From an uncultured Candidatus Rokubacteria bacterium (GTDB lineage Bacteria; Methylomirabilota; Methylomirabilia; Rokubacteriales; CSP1-6), in contig CAVWWD010000003.1 of assembly GCA_963758635.1 (NCBI GenBank), positions 352,001 to 416,000 of the forward strand: a DNA stretch of 64,000 nucleotides. The letters run 5' to 3'. The notes under the pieces were generated by a model. It made no database searches and was not told the DNA's origin. It saw nothing but the letters and a program-made list of their open reading frames with translations. Positions 25,412-36,124 of this stretch are shown here, one piece after another. Every line of letters starts with the position of its first letter. Position 1 is the stretch's first letter. A program made the translations under genes and the position numbers.

Positions 25412-26224
25412 ATGAGACGACCCATCAGGACTCTCGGCAGCGTGGCGGCGCTGGCGGCCGTCGCAGGGATCTTCACTCTCACCCCCGGGACGGAGGCCGG
25501 CCCCGACAAGATCGCCTACCCCGCCGCCTGCAAGGTGGGCGGCCTCTACACCATCGCGGACCGCTACGACGTGAAGCAGTACCGCGAGCTGTACACGACG
25601 CCGGAGGCGGTGCGAGCGGCCAAGGAAGGCAAGCCGCTGCCCGCGGGCACCGTCATCACGCTGATCCAGTACAAGGCCCAGGTGGACGCCCAGGGCAACC
25701 CGGTCAAGGACGCCAAGGGCCGGTTCCTCAAGGGCGACGTGGTCGGCTGCGCGGTCATGGAGAAGCGCGCGGGCTGGGGCGCCGAGTACCCGGACGACCT
25801 CCGGAACGGCGAGTGGGAGTACTCGGCCTTCGGGCCCGACGGGAAGTTCAACGACAAGGCGAACTTCAAGGCCTGCTTCCAGTGCCACAAGCCCCACGAC
25901 GACAAGGACTTCGTCATCTCGTACCCGGCGATGGCGGGCAAGCTGATGGCGTCGACCGTGCCGGTGCCCGCCGGCAACATCCCGGTCAACATCGCGGGCT
26001 TCGTCTTCGCGCCGGGCGGCATCACGGTGGCGCCGGGGAAGACGGTCACCTGGGTCAACACCGACGACTCCCCCCACCAGGTGACGGTGGCGGGCACGAC
26101 GCTCAAGACCGACTTCCTCCTCAAGGGGCAGGCGGCGTCGCTGACCTTCGCGCAGGAAGGGGTGTTCAACTACAACTGCGCGCTGCACCCCAACATGAAG
26201 GGATCGGTCGAGGTCAAGAAGTAG
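25412..26224 (+). CDS. exported cytochrome P460/c'-beta-fold domain fused to a cupredoxin domain
   Basis: Signal peptide; LPAGTVITL, AVMEK, GEWEY, CFQCH; C-terminal PHQV...YNCALHPNMKG type-1 copper ligands. Confidence 0.85.
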   Translation: MRRPIRTLGSVAALAAVAGIFTLTPGTEAGPDKIAYPAACKVGGLYTIADRYDVKQYRELYTTPEAVRAAKEGKPLPAGTVITLIQYKAQVDAQGNPVKDAKGRFLKGDVVGCAVMEKRAGWGAEYPDDLRNGEWEYSAFGPDGKFNDKANFKACFQCHKPHDDKDFVISYPAMAGKLMASTVPVPAGNIPVNIAGFVFAPGGITVAPGKTVTWVNTDDSPHQVTVAGTTLKTDFLLKGQAASLTFAQEGVFNYNCALHPNMKGSVEVKK

Positions 26225-26233
26225 CGCGGGACG

Positions 26234-26262
26234 GCCGGGGGCGGCGCGCGGCCGCCCCCGGC
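26234..26262. terminator. hairpin between convergent genes
   Basis: GCCGGGGGCGGC / GCCGCCCCCGGC perfect 12-bp stem. Confidence 0.6.
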
Positions 26263-26263
26263 G

Positions 26264-26937
26264 TCAGGCGTCCACCGGCCACGCCTCGCGCCGGTGTCCC
26301 ATCTCCCAGAACATCCACTCGTAGCGGCTGGTCGCCACGAAATGACGGCGCATCGCCGCGCGCTCGCTCTCACCGAGCGCCGCCGCCGTCTCGTCCACGG
26401 CGGCGAGCACGGCCCGCACGAGCGCGCCGAAGTCCTCGGACGCATACGTGCCGATCCAGCGCTTGTAGAGCGGCTCGGGCGAGCCCGCCCGCTCCAGCTC
26501 CTTGCCCACCTCCCAGTAGATCCAGTAGCACGGCAGCAGCGCGGCCATCGCCTCGTGGAAGGGCCGCGCGTGGGCGACGGCGAGCAGGTAGCTCGTGTAG
26601 GCGAGGTTGGTCGGCGCCATCGGCGTGGCCGCCACCGCCGCCGGGCGTGAGGCCCCACTCGGAGAAGAAGCTCTCGTGCAGCGCGCGCTCCACGATGAGG
26701 GCGCCCGCCGCGTGCTCGGCGAACATGATGATCCACTCGTCCCGCGGCGCCCGCGCCGCGGTGAGCGACAGCGCGCGGGCGAACTCCCGCAGGTAGAGCG
26801 CGTCCTGCACGGCGTAGAACCGGAAGCTCTCGCGGGAGCAGCGAGCCGTCGGTGAGGCCGGTCAGGAAGGGATGGCGCAGGATCGCCGCGTAGATCCCCT
26901 CGATCGACGCCCACAGCTCGCCGCTGAAGCCGGCCAC
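26264..26937 (-). CDS. tenA: thiaminase II (TenA family), apparent frameshifts
   Basis: HPFL...QDALYL...LLPCYWIY...YEWMFWEM distributed over three frames. Confidence 0.88.
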
Positions 26938-26954
26938 CGGCCCGGCCCGCCGTC

Positions 26955-27629
26955 CTACTTCAGGTGCGCCTGGAAGTGCGCGAGGGTGCGGCGCCACGCG
27001 TCGTCCGCGGAGGCCTTGTCGTACGCCGCGGTGTTCTCGTCGTTGAAGAAGGCGTGGTCGACGCCGGGATAGATGTGGACCTCCACCGGCTTGCCCGCGG
27101 CCTTGATCGCCGCCTCCACCTCGCGCGCGGTCTGCGGCGTGACGAACGCGTCCTTCTCGGCGAAGAGGCCGAGGACGGGGCCGGAGAGCTTGGTGTAGTC
27201 CGGCTTCACGTTCGGGTGCACGCCGTAGAAGTCCACCACCGCGCCCACGTAGGAGCTGACGCAGCCGGCGAACAGCGCGAGCTGGCCGCCCATGCAGAAG
27301 CCCACCGCCCCGAGCTTCAACGTCGAGGAGTGCTGGCTCAGGAACTGGGCGGCGCCCCGGAGGTCCTTCTCGGCCTGCGCGATGTTCAGCGCCATGAACA
27401 GCTTGCCCGCCCCGTCGGGCTCGGTGGCCGTCTTGCCGTGATACACGTCGGGGGCCAGCGCGGCGTAGCCCGCCGCGGCGAAGCGGTCGCACACGTTCTT
27501 GATGTGCCCCACGAGGCCCCACCACTCCTGGATGACGAGCACGCCGGGGCCCTTGCCGGCCGCGGGCGTGGCGAGATAGCCCTGGGTGGTTCCTCCGTTG
27601 CTCGGAAACTCGACCATGCGTCCTGCCAT
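26955..27629 (-). CDS. dienelactone hydrolase family protein
   Basis: VIQEWWGL, GFCMGG, YPGVDHAFFN. Confidence 0.92.
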   Translation of the reverse strand: MAGRMVEFPSNGGTTQGYLATPAAGKGPGVLVIQEWWGLVGHIKNVCDRFAAAGYAALAPDVYHGKTATEPDGAGKLFMALNIAQAEKDLRGAAQFLSQHSSTLKLGAVGFCMGGQLALFAGCVSSYVGAVVDFYGVHPNVKPDYTKLSGPVLGLFAEKDAFVTPQTAREVEAAIKAAGKPVEVHIYPGVDHAFFNDENTAAYDKASADDAWRRTLAHFQAHLK

Positions 27630-27631
27630 GC

Positions 27632-28925
27632 TCATTCTCCTTTCATGTCGGCCTTCCCGTCGCGCGCTCCCTCCGGCGCGCGGGCCGGACGGGGCGTGGG
27701 CGGGGTGATCCGGACCGACAGTATACGTCGCTCGTCCGCCTCGAGAACCGTGAAGGTGTGGGCGCCGACCGGGAACTCCTCGCCGAGGCGGGGGATGCGG
27801 TGGAGGGTGGCGAGGATGAGCCCGGCCACCGTCTCGTAGTCGCCGCTCGGCAGCTCCCAGTCGAGCGACTCGTTGAGCTCGTGCACGCTCACCCGGCCGG
27901 CCACGCGGTAGCTGCCGTCGGGCAGGCGCTCGATCATGCTCGAGGCGCGGTCGTGCTCGTCCTGGATCTCGCCCACGATCTGCTCGACGATGTCCTCGAC
28001 GGTGACGATGCCCACCGCGCCGCCGTACTCGTCGACCACCACCACGAGCTGGACCCGGGACTTCTGCATCTCGCGCAGGAGGTCGTCGATGCGATTGCTC
28101 TCCGGCGCAAAGGTGGCCGGCCGCATCAGCGAGCGCAGGTCGGGGGCGGCGGCGCCGCGCCGGAAGATGTCCATGGACGCGACCACGCCGACCATGTTGA
28201 AGATCCGGTCCTCGTAGACGGGGATGCGGGAGAAGCCGCGCTCGCGGATGAGGGTCACCGCGTCGTCGGGGGTGGCCTCCACGGGCAGCGCGGCCACGTC
28301 GACGAGCGGGACCATGATCTCGCGCACCATCGTCTCGCCGAGGTCGAAGATCTTGTCGATCATCTCCGCCTCGGACTCCGTCACGTCCGCCTCCTCCGGC
28401 TCCATCTGGAGGAGGAGCTTCAGCTCCTCGCGCGAGACGAAGTGACGGGTGGCGGCGGGCTGGCGCCCGAAGAGCCGGAGGGCCCGGTCCACCACCGTGT
28501 TGGCCGCCCACGTGAGGGGCGACAAGAGCCGGCTCGCCAGCTCGACGAGGCGGAACAGGTACAGGATCAGCGCGGTGGCCCATTCGCGCGCCACCGCCTT
28601 GGGGATGACCTCGCCGAACACGAGCATGAGCGGGGGTGAGGATCACGGTGGTCACGATGGCCGCCATCCCGCCCAGCACGGGCAGGAGGGCCCACGTCGC
28701 GACGATCGAGGCGGTGACGTGCGCCACCGTCACGCCCATCATGGCGGTGGAGAGGGTACGCTCCGGGTGCCGGAAGGATTCCAGATATCGCGCCGCCGTC
28801 CGGTTGCCGCCCTCCGCGAGGTGGCGGATGCGCAGGCGGTTCGCCGCGATGAACGCCATCTCCGCCGCCGAGAAGAACGCGGTCATCGCGAGAGCGAACA
28901 GCACCACCCACAGCGCGATCGTCAT
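27632..28925 (-). CDS. CNNM/hemolysin-family CBS-CorC protein (frameshift near 28630)
   Basis: [34 protein letters not shown]. Confidence 0.88.
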
Positions 28926-30204
28926 GCCGGCGCCGCCGCCCCGTTCGCGCCGCCCCGGAGGGTCACGACCACCTCGAGGACGCGCGTGCGCTCGACCTTC
29001 TCCACGGTCACCAGCGCCTCCGCCGTCTCCTTCTTCTCGCCCTTGTGCGGCACGCGGCCGAAGAGGTCGAGGACCCACCCCCCGACGGTGTCGTAGGCCT
29101 CGCCGGAGACGTGGAGCCCGGTGGCCGTGTTCAGCTCGTCGATCGACATCCGTCCGGACACGCGGAAGGCGCGCTCGCCGGCGGGCCAGATCAGGCGCTC
29201 CTCCTCGTCGAACTCGTCCCGGATCTCCCCGACCAGCTCCTCGAGGAGGTCCTCCATGGCTGACGAGCCCCGCGGTGCCGCCGTACTCGTCGACCACGAT
29301 GGCGAGGTGCAGCTTCTTCGCCTGGAACTCGCGCAGGAGCGCGTCGGCGCGCTTGGACTCGGGCACGAAGTACGGCGGGTGGAGGTACGCGCGCAGGTCG
29401 AAGTCCGCCGGGAGCCCCCGCAGGTGGGGCAGGAGATCCTTCGTGTAGAGCACGCCCACGATCTGGTCGATCGTGTCCTCGTACACCGGCACGCGGGAGT
29501 GGAGGTTCTCGCGGAGCAGGCCGAGGATCTCCGCGGCGGGCGTGACCATCTCGACGCAGAACATGTCCGGGCGCGGCACCATGACCTCGCGCACGAGGGT
29601 GTCCTCGAGCTCGAACACGCCGTGGATCATCTCGCGCTCGGTGCGCTCGACCACGCCCTCGCGGGTGCCCACGTCGACCAGCGTGCGCAGCTCCTCCTCG
29701 GTGACCTCGGGCTGGCCCGCCGGGCGCTCCGACCCCACCACGCGCAGGGTGAGCGCGGTGAGCCAGCCGAGCGCCACGCGCACCGGAGTGAACAGCAGCG
29801 AGAGCCAGCTCACCGGGCGCGTCACCAGCTTGGCGAACGTCTCCGGGTGCTCCACGGCGAGGGTCATGGGGAGGACCTCGCCGAACACCGAGAGCAGGAA
29901 CACCACGGTGGGGATGGCGAGGGCGATGCCGATCGCGCCGAACATGCGCTCGGCGATGGCGGCGGCGAGGGCGGAGGCGCCGATGTTCACCACCGTGATG
30001 CCCACGAGGAGCGTCACGAGCAGCTCGTGCGGGCGGCTGGAGGAGCGGCGCGGTGCGCGGCCGGCTCTCGCCCTCCTCCTCCGCGAGCTTCTTGAGGCGG
30101 GCGCGGCCCAGGGAGAAGTACGCGGCCTCCGCGCCGGTGAGGAGCGCCGAGCAGAGGACGAGCGCGCCGAGGACGCCCAGCTCGAGCACGAGGAGGTTAC
30201 CCAC
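28922..30204 (-). CDS. CNNM/hemolysin-family CBS-CorC protein (frameshifts)
   Basis: GAEAAYFSL, FGEVLP, HSRVPVY, VVDEYGGTAG, EDLLEELVGEI. Confidence 0.88.
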
Positions 30205-31220
30205 CGAAGTGCTCGTAGCCCCGGCGCGGGGGCGCCGGCGCGCCATCGGGGCCGATCCAGCGCGATGTCGGGTGTCCCCGCCTCGATCTCGCCCACCACG
30301 GTGAGCGGCGTGCCGGTGGCCCCGGCGAGGGCGCGCGCGAGGGCGTCGGCGGCGCCGGCGGGGCAGGTGAGCAGAAGCTCGTAGTCCTCGCCTCCCGCCG
30401 CCGCCCAGTCGACGGGGTCCCGGTCGAGCGCGCGCGCGGCGGCGCGCACCGCGGGAGAGATGGGCAGCCGCTCGAGGTGGACACGCGCGCGCACGCCGCT
30501 CTCGCGGCAGATGTGGGCGAGGTCGCTGGCGAGCCCGTCGGACATGTCCATCATGGCGTGGACGTCGGCTCGCTCGCCGAGCCACCGCCCCTCGGTCACG
30601 CGCGCGCACGGGCGGAGGTGCGCGCGCGTGAGCTCGGCCACGGCGTCGGCGGGAAGGCCGCCGCGCGCCGCCTCCCCGCCCTCGAGCAGGGCGAGCCCGG
30701 CGGCGGACCGGCCGAGCGTGCCCGTCACCGCCACCACGTCGCCCGGCCGAGCGGCCGAGCGCAGCTTGGGCGCGCCGCCGTGCTCGCCGAGCAGGGTCAC
30801 GTCGATGCACCAGCCGCCCGCCGCCAGCGCCGACGTGTCGCCGCCCACGATGGCCACGCCGTGGGGCGCCGCGGCCTCCCGCATGCCCGCGTAGAGCTCG
30901 TCGATCTCCTCCACGGATGCGGCCGGCGGCAGGGCGAGGGCGACCAGCGCGTAGCGCGGCGAGCCGCCCATCGCGGCGATGTCGGACAGGTTCACGGCCA
31001 TCGCCTTCCAGCCGATGTCACGCGGCGACGCGGTGGCGCGGCGGAAGTGGACGTCCTCGACGACGAGGTCGGTGGTGGCGAGGAGCGCGGCCCCGGGACT
31101 GAGCGTGAGCACCGCGGTGTCGTCGCCGATGCCGGCGCGGACTCCGGGAGCGTCGACGACGCCACCCGCGTCCCGGATGCGACGGATGAGGCCCAGCTCC
31201 CCGACGCGGCGCACGGACAC
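30197..31220 (-). CDS. thiL: thiamine-monophosphate kinase (frameshift near the 3' end)
   Basis: GIGDDTA, AVNLSDIAAMG, DMSDGL, GGEDYELL, GYEHF. Confidence 0.93.
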
Positions 31221-31360
31221 CGGGTGGCCTTACACCTCGCGGGGACTTGGAGGGTCGGAATCGCCCTTCATGCGGCGGCGACGAGCGCGGTCATGTCGCC
31301 CATCACTCTAATATGCGGCTCCCCTCATCGCAAGGTCGCGTCCCGGTTCCGTTTCCGGCG

Positions 31361-33508
31361 TCACGACGCGAGCGCGAGCCGATCCACCACGTTGCGGAGG
31401 AGCCGGAGCCCCACGTCCTCGTCGAGCGACATGATCGACTCCGGGTGGAACTGCACCGCGGCCATGGGCAGGCTGACGTGCTCGATCGCCATCACCAGCG
31501 CGTCGTCGCTCTCCGCGGTGACGCGGAGCTCGGCGGGCAGGCGGTCCCGGATGGCGAACAGCGAATGGTAGCGGCCCGCGGTGAACTCGGCGGGAAGCCC
31601 GGCGAGGAGCGCGCCGCCCACCACGCGGATGCGCGAGGCCTTGCCGTGCATCGGGTAGTCGAGCACGCCGAGCTCGCCGCCGAAGTGCTCGACCATGCCC
31701 TGCAGCCCCAGGCACACGCCGAACGCGGGCAGCCCGCGCCGCACGAGCGCGCCGAGCGTCTTGGACAGGTCGAAGTCCCGCGGCGTGCCGGGGCCCGGCG
31801 AGAGCACCACCAGGTGCGGGGCGACGTCGTCGAGCGCGCTCTCCGGGAAGCCGGCTCGGAGCGTGACCACGTCGGCGCCCGTCTGCCGGAGATAGTTGGC
31901 GAGGGTGTGGACGAACGAGTCCTGGTGATCGACCAGGAGCACGCGCCGCCCCACGCCGGGCCGCGGCACGTCGACGCTCGGGCGCGCCTCCACGCCTCGC
32001 GGCCGCCGGATCGCGTCGAGGAAGGCCGAGGCCTTGAGCCGCGTCTCCTCCTCCTCGGCGTCGGGGTCCGAGTCGTAGAGGAGGGTGGCGCCCACGCGGA
32101 CCTCGGCGGCGCCGTCCTTGACGCGGATCGTTCGCAGCGTGAGGCCGGTGTTCAGGTTGCCGTCGAAGCCGAGGAGGCCGACGGCGCCGCCGTACCATGC
32201 GCGCGGCGAGCGCTCGTGGTCCTCGATGAACTGCATCGCCCACGCCTTCGGGGCCCCGGTGACCGTCACCGCCCAGGTGTGGGCGAGGAACGCGTCGAGG
32301 GCGTCGAACTCGGGGCGCAGGCGTCCCTCCACGTGGTCCACGGTGTGGATGAGCCGCGCGTACATCTCGATCTGGCGCCGGCCGATCACCCGCACGCTGC
32401 CCGGCACGCAGATGCGCGACTTGTCGTTGCGGTCCACGTCCGTGCACATCGTCAGCTCCGACTCGTCCTTGGCCGAGGTGAGGAGCGCCACGATCTGCGC
32501 GGCGTCACCGATCGGGTCGCGCCCGCGCGCGATGGTGCCCGAGATCGGGCAGGTCTCCACCCGGTCGTCGTCCACCCGCACGTACATCTCGGGCGAGGCG
32601 CCCACGAGGTACTCGGCGTCGCCCAGGTTCAGGAGGAACCCGTAGGGCGACGGGTTGCGCTCGCGCAACCGGCGGAACAGCTCCGAGGGAGGCGATGGGC
32701 ACGGCTCGAAGAAGGTCTGGCCGGGCACGACCTCGAACAGGTCGCCGCGCTTGAAGGCCTCGCGCGCCACCCGCACCATCGCCGCGTAGGCGCCCGTCTC
32801 GTGATCGCCCCCGCGCGGCACGCTGGTCGCGCCCGCGTAGGGACGGGCCGCGCCCTCGCGCGGCCGCCCGGCGGTGGCGCGCCCGCCCGCCTCGAAGTCG
32901 TAGCGCCGGCGCTGCGCCATCTCGCGGCGGTGATCGACGATGATCAGCTCGTCGGGCAGGTACAGCACGAGGTCGCGCTGGTCGGCGGGGCGGGCGAGGC
33001 GCGGCCGGATGGGCTCGAACTGGAAGGCCAGGTCGTAGGCGAAGGCGCCGTAGAAGCCCAGGTGCGCCTCGTCGGCGTGGTGGAACAGGGCGATCAGGGC
33101 CCGGAGCGCGGAGAACACCGACGGCTGGCGGCTGCGCTCCTCCTCGACGAACCGTCCTTCCGGCGCGCGCACGACGGCGGTGACGGCGTCGGCCCGGCGG
33201 CTCGCGCTCTCCACCGCGTCGAGGGCGCCGAGGGTCTCGGCGACCGGGCCGAGCAGGACCTCGCCCCGCGCGTTCAGCGCCTGGACCTCGAGCGAGCGGC
33301 CCCGGGCGGTGAGGACGAGCGGAGGGTCGGCGAAGCCCATGTCCCAGCGCGTGTAGCGGCCCGGATACTCGTAGCTCGAGGTGAACAGGCCGCCGCGATG
33401 CGCGTCGAGATCCTCGATGAGGGGCTCGACGGCGTCGGCGACGGGGATCGCGTCCACCGTGCGGTGGACGCGGACGCCTCCGCGGGTGAGGTAGGTGTCG
33501 GTGCTCAT
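31361..33508 (-). CDS. trpE: fused anthranilate synthase TrpE(G)
   Basis: SSYEYPGRY, TGAPK, GATLL; C-terminal glutamine amidotransferase SPGPG, GVCLG, QFHPES. Confidence 0.93.
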   Translation of the reverse strand: MSTDTYLTRGGVRVHRTVDAIPVADAVEPLIEDLDAHRGGLFTSSYEYPGRYTRWDMGFADPPLVLTARGRSLEVQALNARGEVLLGPVAETLGALDAVESASRRADAVTAVVRAPEGRFVEEERSRQPSVFSALRALIALFHHADEAHLGFYGAFAYDLAFQFEPIRPRLARPADQRDLVLYLPDELIIVDHRREMAQRRRYDFEAGGRATAGRPREGAARPYAGATSVPRGGDHETGAYAAMVRVAREAFKRGDLFEVVPGQTFFEPCPSPPSELFRRLRERNPSPYGFLLNLGDAEYLVGASPEMYVRVDDDRVETCPISGTIARGRDPIGDAAQIVALLTSAKDESELTMCTDVDRNDKSRICVPGSVRVIGRRQIEMYARLIHTVDHVEGRLRPEFDALDAFLAHTWAVTVTGAPKAWAMQFIEDHERSPRAWYGGAVGLLGFDGNLNTGLTLRTIRVKDGAAEVRVGATLLYDSDPDAEEEETRLKASAFLDAIRRPRGVEARPSVDVPRPGVGRRVLLVDHQDSFVHTLANYLRQTGADVVTLRAGFPESALDDVAPHLVVLSPGPGTPRDFDLSKTLGALVRRGLPAFGVCLGLQGMVEHFGGELGVLDYPMHGKASRIRVVGGALLAGLPAEFTAGRYHSLFAIRDRLPAELRVTAESDDALVMAIEHVSLPMAAVQFHPESIMSLDEDVGLRLLRNVVDRLALAS

Positions 33509-33551
33509 GGCCGGGCTCTCCCTCTGCCGGGAGTCGACCTGCGCGGGTCGG

Positions 33552-33683
33552 CAAAAACGGAAGCCGCCCCGCGGGGGGCGGCTCCGGGCTTCGTCTGTTC
33601 GGTTGCGCGTGTGCCGGACGGGCCGCCCCTCAGGGGAACGACCACCACCACATCCACTGCCGGCGGCACGCCGCAACGTCATG
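33552..33683 (-). promoter_or_regulatory. trp leader peptide and transcription attenuator
   Basis: TGG ATG TGG TGG TGG TCG TTC CCC TGA; terminator GCCGCCCC/GGGGCGGC with T5 tail; alternative GGGGCGGC antiterminator arm just after the stop. Confidence 0.85.
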
Positions 33684-33739
33684 CGCGGGAGCTTGACAGC
33701 GGGGCCGGCGCTTGTCAAGCGCTCGCGGGCGCGGCGCGA

Positions 33740-34066
33740 TCAGCCGATGGCGTCGAGCTTCTTCTTGATCTGGGCCTTCGGGATGGCCCCGATGACCTGG
33801 TCCACCACGGCGCCGCCCTTCATGAACAGGATGGTGGGGATGGACCGGATGCTGTAGCGAGCGGCCAGGCCGGGGTTCTCGTCCACGTTGACCTTGGCGA
33901 GGCTCACCTTGCCGGCGGACTCGCGGGCGAGCTCCTCGAGGGTCGGCGCGATGGCGCGGCACGGCGCGCACCACTCGGCCCAGAAATCGACCATGAGCAC
34001 CTCGGGATGGCTCTTGACCTCGGCGTCGAACGTGGACTCGGTCAGGTGCAGCGTGGTGTCCGCCAT
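33740..34066 (-). CDS. trxA: thioredoxin
   Basis: VDFWAEWCAPC, IRSIPT. Confidence 0.95.
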   Translation of the reverse strand: MADTTLHLTESTFDAEVKSHPEVLMVDFWAEWCAPCRAIAPTLEELARESAGKVSLAKVNVDENPGLAARYSIRSIPTILFMKGGAVVDQVIGAIPKAQIKKKLDAIG

Positions 34067-34159
34067 GTGGCATGTTCTCCTTGGTGAACGCGTTGGGACC
34101 GCCCGCCACGCTAGCACAGGGTGGGGGTCGGTTCAAATCCACGCCAGGAGGATGCGCCC

Positions 34160-34830
34160 ATGCGTGTCGTCGATCTCAGCTTTCCGATCCGGCCCCACTT
34201 CCGCTGGACGGTGCGGCCGGAGCTCCGCTCCGCCCACGCCCGCGGGGACATCTTCCAGTCCACCGTGCTGACGATCTCCTGCCACGCGTACACGCACGTG
34301 GACGCCCCGATCCACTTCCTGCCCGGGGACAAGCACATGGCGGAGATGCCCGTCGACCAGTGGATCGGCGATGCGGCGGTCGTGGACCTGACCCACCTGG
34401 GGGACAACGGCGAGGTCACCGCCCAGGACCTCGAGAGCCGGGCCGCCCACGTCCGCGCCGGCGACATCGTGCTCCTGCGCACGGACTGGCCGCGCCGCGT
34501 CGGACGTGGGAAGCGAGCGGTTCTGGCGGGACGCGCCGTGGACGGGGCGGCCGGCCGTGCGAGTGGCTGGTGGCCCGCCGGGTGAAGGCGGTCGGCTACG
34601 ACTACCCGCCCGACTACTCGATCCGCACCTCGATCTTCACGCCCGACGCGCCGCGGTCGCGCGCCGAGTGCCCGACCCACGACGTGTTCTTCAACGCCGG
34701 TGTCACGGTGATCGAGTACCTCACCAACCTCGACCGGATCGGCGTGCCGCGATGCCGCTTCGTGGCGCTGCCACTGGCCCTGGAGGGCGCCGACGGGTCG
34801 CCGGTGCGCGCGATCGCGATGGTTGACTAG
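34160..34830 (+). CDS. cyclase/kynurenine-formamidase family protein (frameshift near 34500-34560)
   Basis: HAYTHVDAPIHF, IEYLTNL, GADGSPVRA. Confidence 0.88.
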
Positions 34831-34863
34831 CCACCCGGGCTCGAGCGCGCTATCATCCGCCGC

Positions 34864-36077
34864 GTGCAGACGGCGGACGTCGTCGTAGTCGGCGCCGGAG
34901 CCTTCGGCTCCAGCACGGCGTACCATCTGGCGCGCCGCGGGGTCCGGGTGGCGCTCCTCGACCAGCACGCCCTCGCCTCTCAGACCTCTCCCCGCGCCGC
35001 GGGGCTCACCAGCAAGGCCTCGTCGTCGCTCTCGGTGATGGCCCGGCTCCGTCACGAGGCGGTCGAGATGCTCGAGCGCTTCGAGTCGGAGATGGGGTGG
35101 TCCGTCGACTTCCACCGCTCGGGGAGCCTGAAGGCCGCGTACACCGAGGCGGGGGCGGCGCGGCTGCGCAGCGACCTGGCCGCGGCGCGCCAGCTCGGCG
35201 TCGAGGCCGAGCTGGTCCCGGCGTCCACCGCCGAGCGCCTGGCGCCGCACTTCCGCGCCGGCGCCGTGCTCGGGATCGGCCACGTGCCGAGCGACGGCTG
35301 GATCGACCCTGCCCGCGTGGCCATCGGGTTCGCCACGCGGGCCATGGAGCTGGGCGTCCAGGGCATGCCGTTCACGCGCGTGACCGGGCTCCTCGGCGGC
35401 CCGGGGAAGGTCGAGGGTGTGGCCACGGCGCGCGGAGAGATCCACGCTCCGGTGGTGGTCGACGCCGCGGGCGCCTGGACGGCGCTCGTCGCCGCGGCGC
35501 GCGGGCTCCGCCTGCCCGCTGGTCCCGGTCCGGCACCAGCTCTTCGTGACCGAGCCCATCCCCGGCGTGGATCCCTACCAGCCGATCGTGAGGCTGCTCG
35601 AGGCGAGCGTGTACGTGCGCTACGACCGCGGCGGCCTCATGTTCGGCGGCTACGAGGACCGGCCCCTCGTCGTGGATCTCCGCGAGCGCCCGCCCGGCGT
35701 TCCAGATCGCCGACCTGCCATTGGACCTGGGCGTGCTCCGGGCCCTCGTGGACGAGGTCGGCGCGCACTTCCCGGTGCTGCGTACGGCGGCGGTCGCCGT
35801 GCACCGCGGCGGCCTGCCCACGATGACGCCCGACGGCTTCCCGATCCTCGGGCCGGTCCCGGGCGTGGAGGGCTTCCACGTCGCCTCCGGGTGCTGTGTC
35901 GGCGGCCTCACGCTGTCGCCCGCCGCCGGTCGCGCGCTGGCCGACCTGATCGTGGACGGCAAGTGCGAGCCGGACCTCGCGTCGCTGTCCGTCGCCCGAT
36001 TCCAGGATCGCCCGGGCGGCCAGGACGAGCTCGAGGCGGCGTGCGTGGAGCACTACGCGCGCAAGTACACGAAGTGA
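34864..36077 (+). CDS. FAD-dependent oxidoreductase (DAO/sarcosine oxidase-like; frameshifts); 3' end is the integration site
   Basis: VVVGAGAFG, DAAGAW, TPDGFPILG, GLTLSPAAGR. Confidence 0.88.
36055..36075 (+). repeat. attL core
   Basis: ACGCGCGCAAGTACACGAAGT, 20/21 match to 60740-60760. Confidence 0.88.
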
Positions 36078-36124
36078 TCCGGACGCTCGTCCGTTTCGCG
36101 TCCGTTTCGCTTGCCCGCCTACAC

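Noticed and set aside
26955..31220. 1421-aa ThiL-CNNM-hydrolase fusion ORF
   Set aside because: Artefact of frameshifts and stop-poor high-GC frames joining four separate genes
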